Assembly: GCF_037042905.1 (NCBI RefSeq)
Contig: NC_087246.1
Coordinates: 35,712,001-35,776,000 of the forward strand
Direction: 5' to 3'
DNA from: Lytechinus pictus
Taxonomy: Eukaryota
Length of the DNA stretch: 64,000 bases
Part shown: positions 13,458-27,213 of the stretch, one piece after another
Layout: each line of letters begins with the position of its first letter
Numbering within the stretch: the first letter of the stretch is position 1
The notes under the pieces: model-generated
What the model was told of the DNA's origin: nothing
The model's database searches: none
The model's input: the letters and a program-made list of their open reading frames with translations, nothing else
Made by a program: the position numbers and the translations under genes

Positions 13458-14770
13458 TATAGAGTAAATTATATTATAATATGAATACAGTCTTAAATAC
13501 TTTTCTTAGATTCTTATATTTTTTCTGAAATGTATTTTCGTGTTATTTTCCTTTTTGATATTCGTTGTTCATTTTTTACTTGCTTTTAGTTTGAATTGTA
13601 TTAATACCATATGCCCTTAACCTGTTGCATTCTACTTCAGTCAGTGCCAAATTCAATAGCATAAATTTGGGTTCTAGACTATTCATCATGCTTTCGATTT
13701 ATGATGAAATCCAAATATACCATGTTGGTAAAGTAGTCTTAAATCAAAATATACCCAATTACTTTGCAGTAACATTCATACCACATAAATTATAGCAGCA
13801 TATGATTATGATTACGAAACGTTTGTTTGCGATCAAAATACACACTAAACCTGAATTGCTCTCACTTGTTTTATTATAATGTAGTATCAAGACCAGTTTA
13901 GGAGCACGAATCTACACTCTTAAAATTGATTGGCCAGAGTAAGTGTCCCATCAATAAAATTGGTCAATATCACCCAAAATTTTGGTAGATTTTAACTAAT
14001 AATATGGTTGATTTCGACACTTTTTATTGGTCGAACTTAAAAAAAAAAACCGTCTGAGTGGTTTTGTTTTGTTCTAAGGGACAAGAATGCACAATATGTG
14101 ATCCCCTGTTCCAAAACCAATTCACTCAGCAAGGTTCTGTATAAATAGCCAAAATTTGTAATTTGGTATTCAATATGTCAAATTCAGAAATTTGCAAATC
14201 AACTTTTTTTTTTTTGGGGGGGGTGAACTTGCCACTTAAAAGAGACACCAGTACCACATTACATTCGACGAGACTAAAAAGGACAAATTTAATTTGTATT
14301 TGCACTCAGCCCCATATTATTATTTTTATCATTGACTTATTGTTCAGACATGTATTATATGTAAATAGTTTTTGTTGTTCTGCTCTGAAGCGCTTTGAGC
14401 ATCTAATCAAGATGGAAAGAGCGCTATACAAATCTCATGTATTATTATTATTATTATTTATTCATTTATTCGTATTCAATCATTTTTTACAAAGCATTCA
14501 ATGCTACATCATCATAAAGTTATTCTCTATATTTGCCAGTCATTCATAAAGTCATTCTGCTTTTCCTCCTTTCTTATAAACTATTGTTAAGGTTGGATTT
14601 GCCTTTAATAGCACACATGAAAGGCAAAGGTGTGTTGTTGTGTACGGTGATGTATCACATGCAAATCGAAAAATATCATTTATTTATTAGAAATATTTAT
14701 ACAGGTACAAAATGTTAGCAATTTGCCGTTTTTCATCAATGACTTGAAGAACTACAAAAATTGGCATCTA

Positions 14771-14937
14771 CACTGTAAAAAATGAAGTGCTAATTTAGCA
14801 CCTTAAAGTGATTGTATAGTGACTGCACTACGAGTGCTGATTTTATAGTTCAAATTTGAACTAAAAAATTAGCATTCGTAGTGCAGTCACTATGCAAGCA
14901 CCGTAATTGCTAAATTAGCACTTCATTTTTTACAGTG
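14771..14937. mobile_element. TA-flanked palindromic MITE
   Basis: cactgtaaaaaatgaagtgctaatttagca ... tgctaaattagcacttcattttttacagtg. Confidence 0.85.
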
Positions 14938-15483
14938 TATGTTATAAATTTAAAACTTACTAAAAGAAGAATTTATTATCTCGACAATTCCTAGAAAACA
15001 AGCAGACAATTTGTTGTTTTTTACTCAAACAATAGCTGAAAATTGGTAAAGTTATCACAACGGAAAATTAGATATATCTAGAAATTGTGTAATTGATAAA
15101 ATTATCAAAAATCAGTAACCTAATGCACTGTAATGTATAGCATATAATTCTTGTTGTAAAACGCACAACACGTCTACACCATGGTACATTAAAATGTGAA
15201 ATCGAAATAGGGTTTTTCTCTTATTTTTAATTTAATGATGTGTATGTAGGCCTATATATATATATATATAAGTTTAGTATCGAACCACTAAAAGACTGTT
15301 CTAAAACAAATCCGTTTAGAGTGCATTTTTGTCTCTTTCGGCGGGCAAAACCAAGGTTCTTTTCCCGGTTTATCCAAATAGTAAAATGCCCCCATCGTTT
15401 GCACACCTTTATTATACTTTCTTATCTCTTGAGAAATTATCGGTCAATTATTCATTATACTCTTTGACCAGTATATATAAGAA

Positions 15484-18400
15484 CTAGCAGATGTAAGTAG
15501 CCGCCCCGTGGTGTGTCCGAGTGGTAGATTGTTGTCCAAGTAAACACGCCCTCTTGCGTAGGATGTATGTAAAACAGTTGCAAGATTTGTGATGAAGACA
15601 AAGTCGACCGCATCCAATGACTGACGTCACGGATTGATAGGATGTATGCGTATAAGTGAGAGCCTGGTCATATGAAATAAGTCTTAAAATGGTGGATCGT
15701 TGAAAGCCTGTGGATTAAAAAAAATTAACAGGTAAGCTCGAATAACTCAGTCTCAGCTATCCTATACAGTACAGAAAAGTAATACCTGAATAAACTCAAC
15801 TCCAACTAGTCGTCCAATTGTGGAGTTGGGGCAGCCCTGTTAAAACCTCAAATGTATTTAAAATGCCGTCAGATATAGCAATGAACAGCTGGTAGGTCTT
15901 TGTCGAAAATTGGAGATTCGAAACAGCAATTTCGGAGCTGACGAAAAATTGCAAATATGTGGTTTGACCAAAGTCCAGGGCGAAACATCAAATTTGATCC
16001 ACAAATTTTTGACAAAGACTTGTCCTGACGGGCATTTGACAATACATTTTCTATTTATTGAAAAGGTTCTGTATAGCAGTGCGAAAACCCATAATGTAAC
16101 AGCCAACACATAATTTCGCATTTTTTTCTAACGCAAAATTCACATGTCCTGACGCATAACGTCGCAGCGAATTTCTAACGCATAACGTCACATGCCCTCG
16201 ACGCATAATGTCGGCGTGGTATTATCTTGTTTGAGGAATCTGAAGTTCAAATTATTTTATTAAATGGAACAAATACATTTACAAATATGTATTCCTTTTT
16301 ACTCAACATTTACTCAACACCTGTCGGGGAGGAACAGGGAAGGAGGGGGGGGGGGGTAAACGACAAGGATAAGATAATCAAATTCATAGTTGAATTAAAA
16401 TTCTGATATATACGCATAGAAATGTGTCCTCCATCATGTTCACTGGCTGTTAACAAAGGAAAAATGAAAATATGAAACGAGTAGACCTGTTACTATGTTA
16501 TATGTCTACTTATAACATATCGTCAATATATCAAAAAATGTGTAAAATAAATATATAATCAGTGTATATATCGTCAAGATAATAACGCCATTTTACTAAT
16601 CAATTTCACACAGTGACAATATAGTCAAGTATATGTCAATTTAAATCTGCGGTTATAGAGTACCAATGTTGATAAAAACAAAAATTTTCCTCTTTTGCAA
16701 AGTAATTTCACTTTTTTTCATGATACTCACCAACAGGAACTAAACCATATATTTCCATTCGGAGGCTGATATGCCGGTGCCACGTCTGAGGTAGAATACG
16801 TACATAGCGACACCCCTGCGGAGCAGGTAAGGTGTTGTTTACCACTGTCCTGCGGTCGCTATTACCTGTGAACACCTTTATATTACATGTAGTATCGATA
16901 AAGAAGAACGTTTCATTGTTAGGCAGTGGATGTTGTTTTCTCGTAAACATGGTGAATGGATGCATTATTTTCACTTCTCTCACATCTTGCTCTTTATTGG
17001 GATGAATGAATAGCTGAATGAATATATGAATACATGGATGGATGAGCCAACACTCCTAAATTTTCATCACATATCATTTTCTTGAAACCAACACAAAACT
17101 AGTGTTTAAACTTGAATACACACACACCCAACCCCACTTTTTGAGACACATTATTTTATTTAAATGCTCTTTCGAACTTTGTGGACGGTTGCTTTATAAG
17201 TTCATTCAATGATACCATATTCCATGTAAGTATTGGTGAGACGTGTTAGGGTGCAACTGACAAAATGAAAACAAAAATGCATTGAATGTTATTTGCTTTA
17301 ATATTTTCAATCAAATTATTCCTATCTACTTTCATCTCATCAGTTCAGACTGTAAATGACTTTTGTTTCGCATGCCAAGCTTTTTTTTTTTAAATCTATT
17401 AGTCTGATGAAAAGACATCGAAAAACTTTAATAATAACACTCTAAAAAAATATTGGGTAAAAGTGCTCCATGGGGGTAATTATGTGTCCAACCAACATTG
17501 GGCATTTCTTTTGGGGCATTTTCATTTATCCGGTGTGATGGAAATTTTGACCATTCTAAAGTTATTGCTGCTTATTTTCTAACCTTACTAGACAATATGC
17601 TTCCCGCATTTGGTAAAATACTGCCCAAAATTGGTTAGACACATAATTATCCTGGTGGTGGTAAAAAATGACCCAATATCTTTTACAGTGTACCTTCGCA
17701 GAAGTTGAGGTGGTGTTGGGGTCTGGAACTGTATCAAAGGATACTCCATCGAGACTGCAGGAAATCTCGAAGCTAGTGACCCACTGGCTCTTATCATCCC
17801 GACCCTGGGTTGCTACTCCGACGACGAGATATGTAGTTAAAAGATCAACCTGAATAAGAAGAAGTGGATAATCGTACTACGCCTACTTAAAATAATTGAG
17901 GGATTGTGACTTTATAAGCTCAATCAATACTTTCAAGGTTAAGGAGAAAGTTGTTTTCTTGTTAATATTTTTAGTCAAACTATGAAGTAATTCCACCCCT
18001 TTCTCAATTAATATTTTGATGTTATTGGAAATGATAATGACACGCCTAGCAATCATTTACATTCGTATGTGTGTGAGAAAGAGAGGGCTGTATATTATGT
18101 ATGAGCTGATCGGTAGTGAGTCACATTTTTCGGGTATTTTTTATGTAAAAAATAAAGAGTTATTAGTTATTACACGTCCAGGATTTCTCAGTTTATAAAG
18201 CTACTCCCTTTCCCATTTTAACCCTTTCTCCCTTTTTCCCCTCCCTACTCCTTACCCTGAGGTGTTGTCTCTATTTGATAAAACACCCTGAAGCTACCAG
18301 ATATTAGTTTAAAGGGGAAGTTCACCCAGTCGAAAAGTTTATTTCAGAAATAGCAGGAAAATATTTTAAAATATTGCCGACGGTTTGAAAAAAATCCACC

Positions 18401-21400
18401 AAAGTATAAAAAAGTTATTATAATTTCAATTGTTTGATATGTGACGTATGCGAGCATCTTTCCCACATATCGCATGGTAAAAAAAATCAAAGAAATGCCA
18501 TTTTCTCAGAAAATTTAAGTGGTTTTTACTGTACCTTCAGTATAACAATAGACAAATAATTTCACGTTCCTTCCTAAAAGCAAGAAAAAATAACTCATCA
18601 TAAAGCATTAAGTAATTGAAATTTATGCATTTCATATTACATAACATGTGGGACAACTGCTCGTTTATGACGTCACAAATCACAAATTTTAAATTATAAT
18701 AACTTTTTAATCTTTAATGGCTTTTCCTCAAACCTTCGCCAATATTTTTTTCTGCTATTTTTACAAAAAAGTTTACTTCAGGGTGAACTTTCCCTTTAAT
18801 TGCATGGAAACAAAAGGATAGAAATGACACAAGAGTTGGGAAGCTAATTAATAAGCCAACCCTATTAGGTTGATTAGAGGAGTGTATAACGCACGCATCT
18901 ATTGTTCCATGGTATAATTATCGTAATGTCAGGGGTGTGCGGTGCCGGGATATTTCAATATAGGCATGATAGGGGAGCACTATTGTGACGTCATATAAAT
19001 TTCTCAATTGGATAATTAGAGGTATTTTATAGCTACACGACACTGATCTCACATCTTTTTAATCCTTTTTTTCCTACTCTCTTCCTTTTTCTTCAATTTC
19101 TCCTATTTTTCTTCCAAATTTCAGTTACTGAAAAAAAAAACACGATGCAGTTACTTTTATCATGAACCCTGCTTTTTTTATGATACCTGTATCCACTCGC
19201 CGAGTTTATCTTCTTCTGCCGACCAGCATAAAAGACGAACTCTTGAGAGATGTAATCTGGCCGTACTTGCTGGATTATTAGAACTCCATTCACTAGATGC
19301 TGTCATACTAGAGTCTGGAATCGCCCTACTTTCAAGACCCAAAGCACGGACATCTGAAGATAACAAGGATTAAAAACTGAAATGATGATGATGATGATAA
19401 TGATGATGATGATGATAATGATGATGATGATGATGATATGAGAGAAACAAACTTCTATATTTTGGTTATAGCAATGAATTATGCAGCATATGCGGTTTCA
19501 TGCATGAAGGTCTAAACTCCGAGATTCATCATCATCATCATTATACTGCTACTTTTACTATCATTACTATAGTAACAATGATGATGGTCATGATAATGAT
19601 TATGCTAATGATAATGAAATTGAACATAAAAATGCCCAATTAAAATCAAATTCAATAGAAAATACGAACATGAACCAAAATATACCCAAACATGTATTGA
19701 TTGTTAGGGTATAATACCAACCATAATAACACTTATTGCATTTTGTCCGAAAGAGCGTCTATAAATTTGATGCGTTACATAATGTTGTAGAGAGGCTTAA
19801 ACGTAAGATTTTTATGTTTCTTAAGGGGTACTCCAGGCTAAAATAATAGTATTTTGAACTGATGAAGTAAAATATAAAAAACAAAAACAAAAAAAATCAA
19901 AGTATTTCATTATTTTGGTGAAACAATTCTATGCATGTCTTCATGCCGGGGTGCGATTTTTTCCTCAGTACTTGTGCACCCGACGCGAGAGGGCAGTGTG
20001 AACGACGATAATAGGTTTTTTTAGTTAGGCTATGCCTCTGCATTAATATTCATGGAAACGAAACGTTAGGATATGTCGTAGTTTCAGACCAGGGACGGAT
20101 CCGGGATTTTCCAAAGGGGGGGGGGGGGAACATTTTTCCGATGAATATTAGACAAGCAAAAAAAAAGTTTTTAACCCAAAATAAAGAATACTACGTCCCC
20201 GAAAAAAGGGTTTTTAACCAAAAATTAAGGATATTGCGTCCCCGAAAAAAGTTACAAGGCAAAAAAATATAAAAAAAAGGTTTTTAACCAAAAATTAAGG
20301 ATATCAAGGGGGGGGGGCTTCTGTTTTAACGGCATGTTTACATTACAAATTTTATCTTTGCTTCTCAAGGGGGGGGGAGGCACGGGCCGGCAGTGTCCTT
20401 CCCCCTGGATCCGCCAGTGTTTCAGACCCACCCATCACTTTGATTGATGCGGCTCACTCAGTAAGCAAGTCGAGCAGTCGGCTTCATGGACGCAGGCCCG
20501 AGTCTCGCCCATGACGATTTTGATAAATTCTTTAAATAAAAAAAATGAGGCAAGTCCAAGAAATGATATCTGATTCAAAGCCTCCAAAACAGCCTGTTAA
20601 TTATATCGTCATTCTCACTGCTCTCTCGCGTCAGGTGCACAAGTACTGACGAAAAAAAATCGCTGCCGGGGCGGCACTCCACACTTGTGAACTAGAATCA
20701 TAAACACTTGTACTTAATGAGCAGAAGACCTATTCAAATGCATGTAATTCAAGTCTTATATGCCACTGCTTCTCAACCTTTTTTTTTTACTCGAGGACCA
20801 CTTTGACTCTCAGATATTTTTCGAGGCCCACCTACCAAAATGTTAAGAAAACGTCAATTTTTAATTAAAAAGTGTTTCCTGAAATTTGAGCACAAAGCTC
20901 TGAAGCACTTTCGAAACAAACAGTTTGAGAGCTAATCTGAATTCGCAAAGGTCCGGTAAATGGGCGACAATAAACTACATCGAAGACACAATGTGCATGC
21001 GCATGAGGTTCACATCAAAGTTAGATCGAAACCATCATTGTGTGTATGATTGTGCATGCTTTGTATTAAACATGCATGGTGCCTAATAGCGTGCTTTAGT
21101 TTCGTTTGACCCACGTAGACTGATCGGACATATTCGGACAGGTCTGTGCAATATACTATAGTTTTTCTCTTATTTTCCCCCTTCTGGGGCTTCTCGCGGC
21201 CCACCTGACGTACGGACATCGTTTATTGAGCTTATAAAGCGACTCGTTCACTAAACGTATTCCTGTACAAGCAAGCTTACAGATTATGCAAGCTGTACGA
21301 TATTAAAGGCCCCCTCACACCTAACAGAATTGCCTGAAAATATGCCTTGCGATGGCTGGTGAAAGGCATTTTTTTAATCGTTTTCAATGGTAACTGATAG

Positions 21401-24400
21401 TAAATCATATTTACCCTTCGTGTTTGGCTTCATACACATTCTGAACTAACAGCTGCGATTATTGAAATTCACGCGGAAATTTTGAACATGTTTAAAATTT
21501 CCCGACGAATAGAAAATCGTTGGTCATCTGTTTGAATTCGCATCTCTTATTTAGTCTGCGGTAATCGTTCGTGTGTTTATTGTCGCGCATAGTCCCTCAT
21601 CGCGCTTTTGCCAAAGTGGACCGATCTCGAAAGAACCCAAACGAAGCAACACGATGACAAAAACGTACAAGAACGCCCGATCTATCCCCTCGTCTTCGTT
21701 TCTAATCGCACGCCATATTAAACCATTGCTCACTGTTCGTTCGTCTTATTGGGTTATATCCACCATTCGCTCGCCTTCGGCTGCGATCAAATCAAAGAAG
21801 TAAACCGAAAATCGATATCCTTCGCATGTCATATTTATCCTTCGCTTACCGTTCGTTGATAAAATTTGACAATAGTTACTGATCGCATGATTTGACGGAA
21901 ATTTTATTTGAAATCGTTTAATTCGCGTGCATTTCGTGCATTTTTTCCATTCGTCACCCTTCGTCCGCCTACATGCGGTCAGGTGTGAGGGGGCTTTAAA
22001 ACGTGTTTTTCATAACTTTTTTTCGATTGTTTAACGTATACAAAATATCATATATTGTACATGCCTAAATTTATATTGTCTGTATAAGTTTATTGTAATT
22101 ATTTCGACCACTTTACTTTGTTCTGTTGAAAATGAAATAAATTGAAATTGAAATTGAAATACATTTTACGAATCGGGGGCCCATGTCCACTTTCCCTCTC
22201 TCTCCCTTTCTCTCTTCCTCTCTCTCTCTCGTCTCTACAAGTTTACTTCATTGTAAACGACATCTAATGAATTTGATTTAATTGAGCTAATATAGGCCAA
22301 ATTATCTTTGATGGTCTGTATTGTCATTGCCATGATGGTACCGAAGTAGAGTCGTCTTATTGATAAGGTGTTAGTGCTTTGAGATCGATGGGAAAGTCGT
22401 GATGAAAAACAATAATGAAATAAAAGCATAAAGATGAGCCGGGAAGAAAATAAAGATTAGACAAAGTTGAAAGCGGGTGAACCAAATCTTGAGTGAACGG
22501 GATGGAAAGTGATCATTAAACAACCCCAGTGATAGAAAAGGCGAAGATGATATGGAAGGGACCCAACTTAAAGGGGATCGAATAATATTTTTATGACGAA
22601 TAAATCTTGCTGAAAGTCGTGTAAATTTATTTGCATGCATAAAAAGGATATGAAATTGCGTTAAATTCCTTCTATGCATTACTGCGAATCTAGTGTTTTA
22701 TTCAATAGGAATGCAATATTATACAGTGCGTATCAAAAAAAAATTTACACTTAGAAAAAATCCTGTAAAATTATACATTTGTAATATCCTGAAGATTTTT
22801 CCACATTTTAACATTGGTACAGATCCATTTAAGCAAATGACGATATAACTGTCGAAAAATATTTCCGATTGAGTGAGCACCACTTACTTTTGAAAAACTA
22901 GTGAAAAATGATTTGCGCAGAACTTTGAAATAGTTATGCAAATAAAAGTAGACCTTAATCATGAAGTACACGTTGAATTTAGCTAGTAAAATTGGTTTAA
23001 AGATATCTTTTACCTTTTTAACTTGTTTTCTTGCCCAAAACACTTCGAAGAGTGCATTGCGCCCCACCCCACTCCCCCACACATCGAGGCCATCGTGGCG
23101 ATATTTGCTTTACACTGAGCTGTGATTTACATGAAATGGCTTAGGCTTGATTTTCATTTTGTTAATCATTGTCAAGCTTGGAAAAGGTGTGGAGAAAAGT
23201 ATTAAATGAAAAATGAAATGTAAACCCACTTTAAATGATAAAAACTTAGTGAAAAAATGCTGGAGATATCTGATGTAAAATTTTGTTCAGATTTAGTTAT
23301 GTCCTCAGATCCAGCAGGCACAAAAAAGGTTGTGCTTACTAAGTGTTGAAATTTCAATTTGGGTGGCAAAATTGTTACAAAATACTTGAATGTATCTGTT
23401 GTATTTCAATTGACTAAAAGTGCAAGGAAAAAAAGGGTACGAGAAATGTTTCGCAGGGTACGTTTGATTTCGCCCTTTCCCCTTGACACAGCGTGAAAAC
23501 GAGCATTTCTGCGCAAACAGATTTCTGCGAGCTTTACAAAAATGGACAGTGCTCACTCAAGTGTAACATTCTGACAAAAATTTTACTTTCATTAGATAGA
23601 TGAGACCCAAACCTAAGATTATATGTGAAAAAATTACCTACATGTTGTATATTTTTTAATTCCCAGGGCTTTTTCAAAGTGTAAACTTTTTTTTTATACG
23701 CACTGTATACAGGTGTATGACAATCAAATTCGGCAATAAAAAGCTCAGATGTTCTCAAGCTGATAATTATGCTCGGCCTACAAACACTTGCGTATAGATG
23801 AGGGGATGCGTTGGGGCTATGCCCCTCCTCCTCCCTACAAAAAAGTTCCTTTATCAAGACGGAAAAGGGGAAAACAGGAATTAAAGAGAGAAAAGAACGG
23901 AAAGGCTGAAAATATAATGTCATTCAATATTATGTACAAATATATCACAGAAATAGATTTTTGTTTTAAAAAGGTCAAAATTTTGCTCGCTTGCTTCCAC
24001 ATTTGTTTTCTCTTTTCGCCTCTGTAGTGTTAAATGACTGTTTAATTTAGTTATTTATACTGGTAATTGGAATTTCCATTGTGTTTACCATGTGTGCTGT
24101 TAATAATTGAACTCACATGGATGACGAACTTGTCATGAGAGACAGTGTTTCTTGTAATATTTCAGTCATTTCTGATTTAAATTTACTCAATAAACGATGA
24201 ATGTATTCTAATCATAAATTAGTTTTTGAATCATTTCATTCCAGCCGACAAAGTGTTGAAGAATGTGGATCAGTCGGTAGAGTGAAAAGAGCAAAATGCT
24301 CCGATAAAGATGATGCTCTTACCTCCACCGTATATCGTCTCTTTAGCCAAAGAAGATATTAGTTGACTAAATAGTATAAGTGTATAGAGTGTAGCTTTAC

Positions 24401-24404
24401 CCAT
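15484..24404 (-). CDS. Secreted F5/8 type C (discoidin) + PAN/Apple domain protein, ~257 aa
   Basis: Exon 24323-24404 encodes the signal peptide MGKATLYTLILFSQLISSLA. Exon 19187-19353 encodes LGLESRAIPDSSMTASS...WIQ. Exon 17694-17849 encodes VDL...GVATQGR...WVTSF. Exon 16731-16875 encodes VFTGNSD...RYVRILPQTWHRHISLRMEIYG. Exon 15484-15707 encodes CGRLCLHHKSCNCFTY...CLL. All junctions are GT-AG; 774 nt in frame. Confidence 0.88.
17438..17690. mobile_element. MITE abutting a splice donor of the discoidin gene
   Basis: cactctaaaaaaatattgggt ... acccaatatcttttacagtg. It ends 3 nt from the exon boundary at 17694. Confidence 0.75.
18313..18795. mobile_element. TTAA-flanked MITE (AGG termini, Kolobok-like)
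   Basis: TTAA|aggggaagttcaccc ... gggtgaactttccct|TTAA with long imperfect inverted arms. Confidence 0.8.
19946..20670. mobile_element. Non-autonomous TIR element containing a nested hAT-type element
   Basis: ~50-bp TIRs: gcgattttttcctcagtacttgtgcacccgacgcgagagggcagtg and cactgctctctcgcgtcaggtgcacaagtactgacg. Confidence 0.7.
20090..20419. mobile_element. hAT-type non-autonomous element (poly-G class)
   Basis: cagggacggatcc...ggatccgccagtg with 8-bp TSD TTTCAGAC. Confidence 0.8.
21307..21995. mobile_element. Non-autonomous TIR element (TTAA/TAA flanks; Harbinger- or Kolobok-like)
   Basis: aggccccctcacacct ... aggtgtgagggggct, flanked by TTAA. Confidence 0.7.
22724..23705. mobile_element. 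Tc1/mariner-type non-autonomous element
   Basis: TA|cagtgcgtatcaaaaaaaaatttacactt ... aagtgtaaactttttttttatacgcactg|TA. Confidence 0.85.
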
Positions 24405-24632
24405 CTGTAAAGGAAACGATGCAATAATTTTTTATTTTTTTTATAACCCATCCACAGGGGTCCTTTATTGAAATCACTATAATACATATTTTTTTACAAT
24501 ACGTGATTGAATGATTAACACAGTATATGACACACAAGTTGAATATGTACAATACAATATTCCATGAAATTGTCGTAACATTTGTATAAAAAAAGCTAAA
24601 TCAAAGTGCAAAGGAAAGAAAAAATCCATACA

Positions 24633-24634
<2 letters not shown>

Positions 24635-24716
<82 letters not shown>
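24635..24716. repeat. (TA)n microsatellite
   Basis: Perfect AT dinucleotide run of ~80 bp. Confidence 0.95.
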
Positions 24717-24720
<4 letters not shown>

Positions 24721-24742
24721 TTTAGAATGATATCTGAGAGAC

Positions 24743-25130
24743 TTAATGTAATAAAGTAAAAGATGACCACCTCTTTATGAATTTCTTCTCTTTCAGATTT
24801 GTTTTATATATATACTTTTCCATACCATAATAAGATTTTATTTCAGACAAAATATGGTCGAAAACTGAAAGACAGTGTTTGCATTTTGCTGCAAAAATTT
24901 CTTTTCTAACGATTATAAAAATATAATTAAGAGCACCATTGTTGTTTCCGTAAAAACCGAATAGTTTATTCTGGTTTGAAATTTTGATATGCAAATTGTT
25001 ACGAGAAAACCAAATTTCGAGTTGAGACCATATTTCGTTTGTGTGGGCACAAGAACAAAAAATATGCATAATAGTTTCTTTAGAATTATAACAAAAGGTA
25101 CATAAGTTATCTGTAACCAATTTAAATCGT
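24743..25130 (-). mobile_element. 3' fragment of an L1/Tx1-type LINE ORF2
   Basis: CTFCYNSKETIMHIFCSC zinc knuckle plus a typical ORF2 C-terminus (...KRWS); no RT core. Confidence 0.75.
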
Positions 25131-26256
25131 AATAAAATAATGATTTTGATGATGATAATTACTATAGTAGTTATCAAATTATATTATGATTATAATAAGT
25201 AATTATTATAATAATTATCTTCATAATAACAATAAAATGATATGAAGATGGCAATGCTGATGATTATTGATTATTATCATTATCATTAAACTCGACCTAA
25301 AACACTGGCGTATAGATGAGGTGGTGCGTTGGGACCATGCCCCCCCCCCCCAATAAACCGTTCCTTTATTAAGACGGAAAAGGGGAAACAAGGAGTTTAA
25401 AAGAGCACAAGAAGGGAAAAGGGTAAAATGTAATGTTGTTTTTATAAATATATCATAAAAATAGATTTATGTTTTTAAAGTTTAAAACTTTTGCTCGCTT
25501 GCTTCCACATTTTTTTTCTTTCATTACGAGGAAAGAAAACGTGTAACAAGATTATGATTTTGATGATGATAATTATTACTATAATTATCATAACTATATT
25601 ACAATCTTAATAATTGATTAAAATAATAGCTATCCTGATAACAACAATAAAAAATATAACGATGATGATGATGATGATGATAATAATAATATGAAGAAGA
25701 ATAGAAGAATAATAATAATAATAAGAAGAAGAACAATATTAATCAGCATGATTAGTAATATACTCCACACTTTATAATTCCACGCTCTTGATTAATTCTA
25801 CTTCACTCTAAATCTACCTGTATTAGTAAACTCTTGACTATTTTGTATATAAGATAAATAATTGCAGCTCAAAATCGGAATGTGTTTCCGTTTCAATCTA
25901 ATGTTACTGGAAATATGTATCACTGCTCAAAGCAATACAAGAACACTCTACTCCCATTTAATTCCATAAGCTATAGGTCTACACAATTTCTTCAGGACAT
26001 AAAAAGCATTACAATGCAGAATTCAAATGTGAACATAATTGCAACACATTATAAAAGTAGGTAACATTTTTTTTGAGGATATTTCACAGCGCACCTCAGT
26101 GATAAAATGCACTTTACATAAAAAAAAATAATGTCTGAAACGACTTTGTAACGTTTAAAAAATTTAATAACAAATGTCGAATATCCTCAATCTAATTGAA
26201 TCATGTATATTTGTTATTTATTCTGTAAAAATATAGGAAAGTGATAATATTCTCAC

Positions 26257-26268
26257 CACGTTGGTCAT
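26257..26268 (-). CDS. Candidate 4-codon first exon (MTNV) of the discoidin-PAN gene
   Basis: ATG ACC AAC GTG|gtgaga is phase 0 and compatible with the acceptor directly before ATG 24404. Not otherwise supported. Confidence 0.35.
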
Positions 26269-26392
26269 GCTTGTTGTGTCTCCCAATATAAATTATGATG
26301 TACATGTCGTTCTCTTCAATCCCCTTTTCCGTCAAGGCATTGAAGTAAAATATCTATCTAAAGTACACAATACTACCAAATCAACACCTATA

Positions 26393-27213
26393 CAGTGCGT
26401 CCCAGAAAAAATGAAACAGAGATTTATCGATGATTTATCATAACTTTATCACAAATACAATAGACAAGTGACCTACCACTGTAAAGCTTCGAATTTCTTC
26501 TTTCATCTGAAATTACTTCAATTATTTCTCATTCACGCATGAGTGAGCAAAAACAATTTGAAGAGGGGATACCAAAAAAGTCACTTGGCGGGCTGTATCT
26601 GGGTTTCAAAAAGAAAACCACCTTTTTGAAAAGTTCAATATCTGCTCTTTAATTTGATACCTCAATTACAAAAAATGGTCAAGAAATAACAAAGTTCTGG
26701 ATACTTGAAATAAGGCTTGAATTTCAATAATTTCATAAAATGAAGAGGTTTTACAGGCTAGCGTCAAGACTCACTCGACACTCTGTTTTGTCGACGATCA
26801 GCCATGTATTAAGTCTTTTGTTAACCGTACGATAGCTTCTGTGGGAAACCGGTGAAAACACGTTTATTTAATGTAATTATGGAAATACGAGCATTGTTTC
26901 GAGGGAACATAACTTTTTTACTTCTTGACCATTTTCTGTGATTAAGGTATCAAATAAAAGAGCAGATATTGAACTTTTTAGGAATGTGATTTTCTTTTTT
27001 AAATTCAGATACCCCTCGCCAAATGAGTGTTTGGTATCCTTTCTTCAAATTGTTTTTGCTCACTCATGCGTGAATGAGGAATAATCTAAGTAATTTCAGA
27101 TGAAAGAAGAAATTCGAAGCTTTACAGTGGTAGGTCACTTGTCTATTGTATTTGTGATTAAGTTATGATAAATTATCGATGAATCTCGGTTTCGTTTTTT
27201 GTGGGACGCACTG
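26393..27213. mobile_element. Tc1/mariner-type MITE with long (>300 bp) TIRs
   Basis: TA|cagtgcgtcccagaaaaa ... tttttgtgggacgcactg|TA; the arms are highly complementary. Confidence 0.9.
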
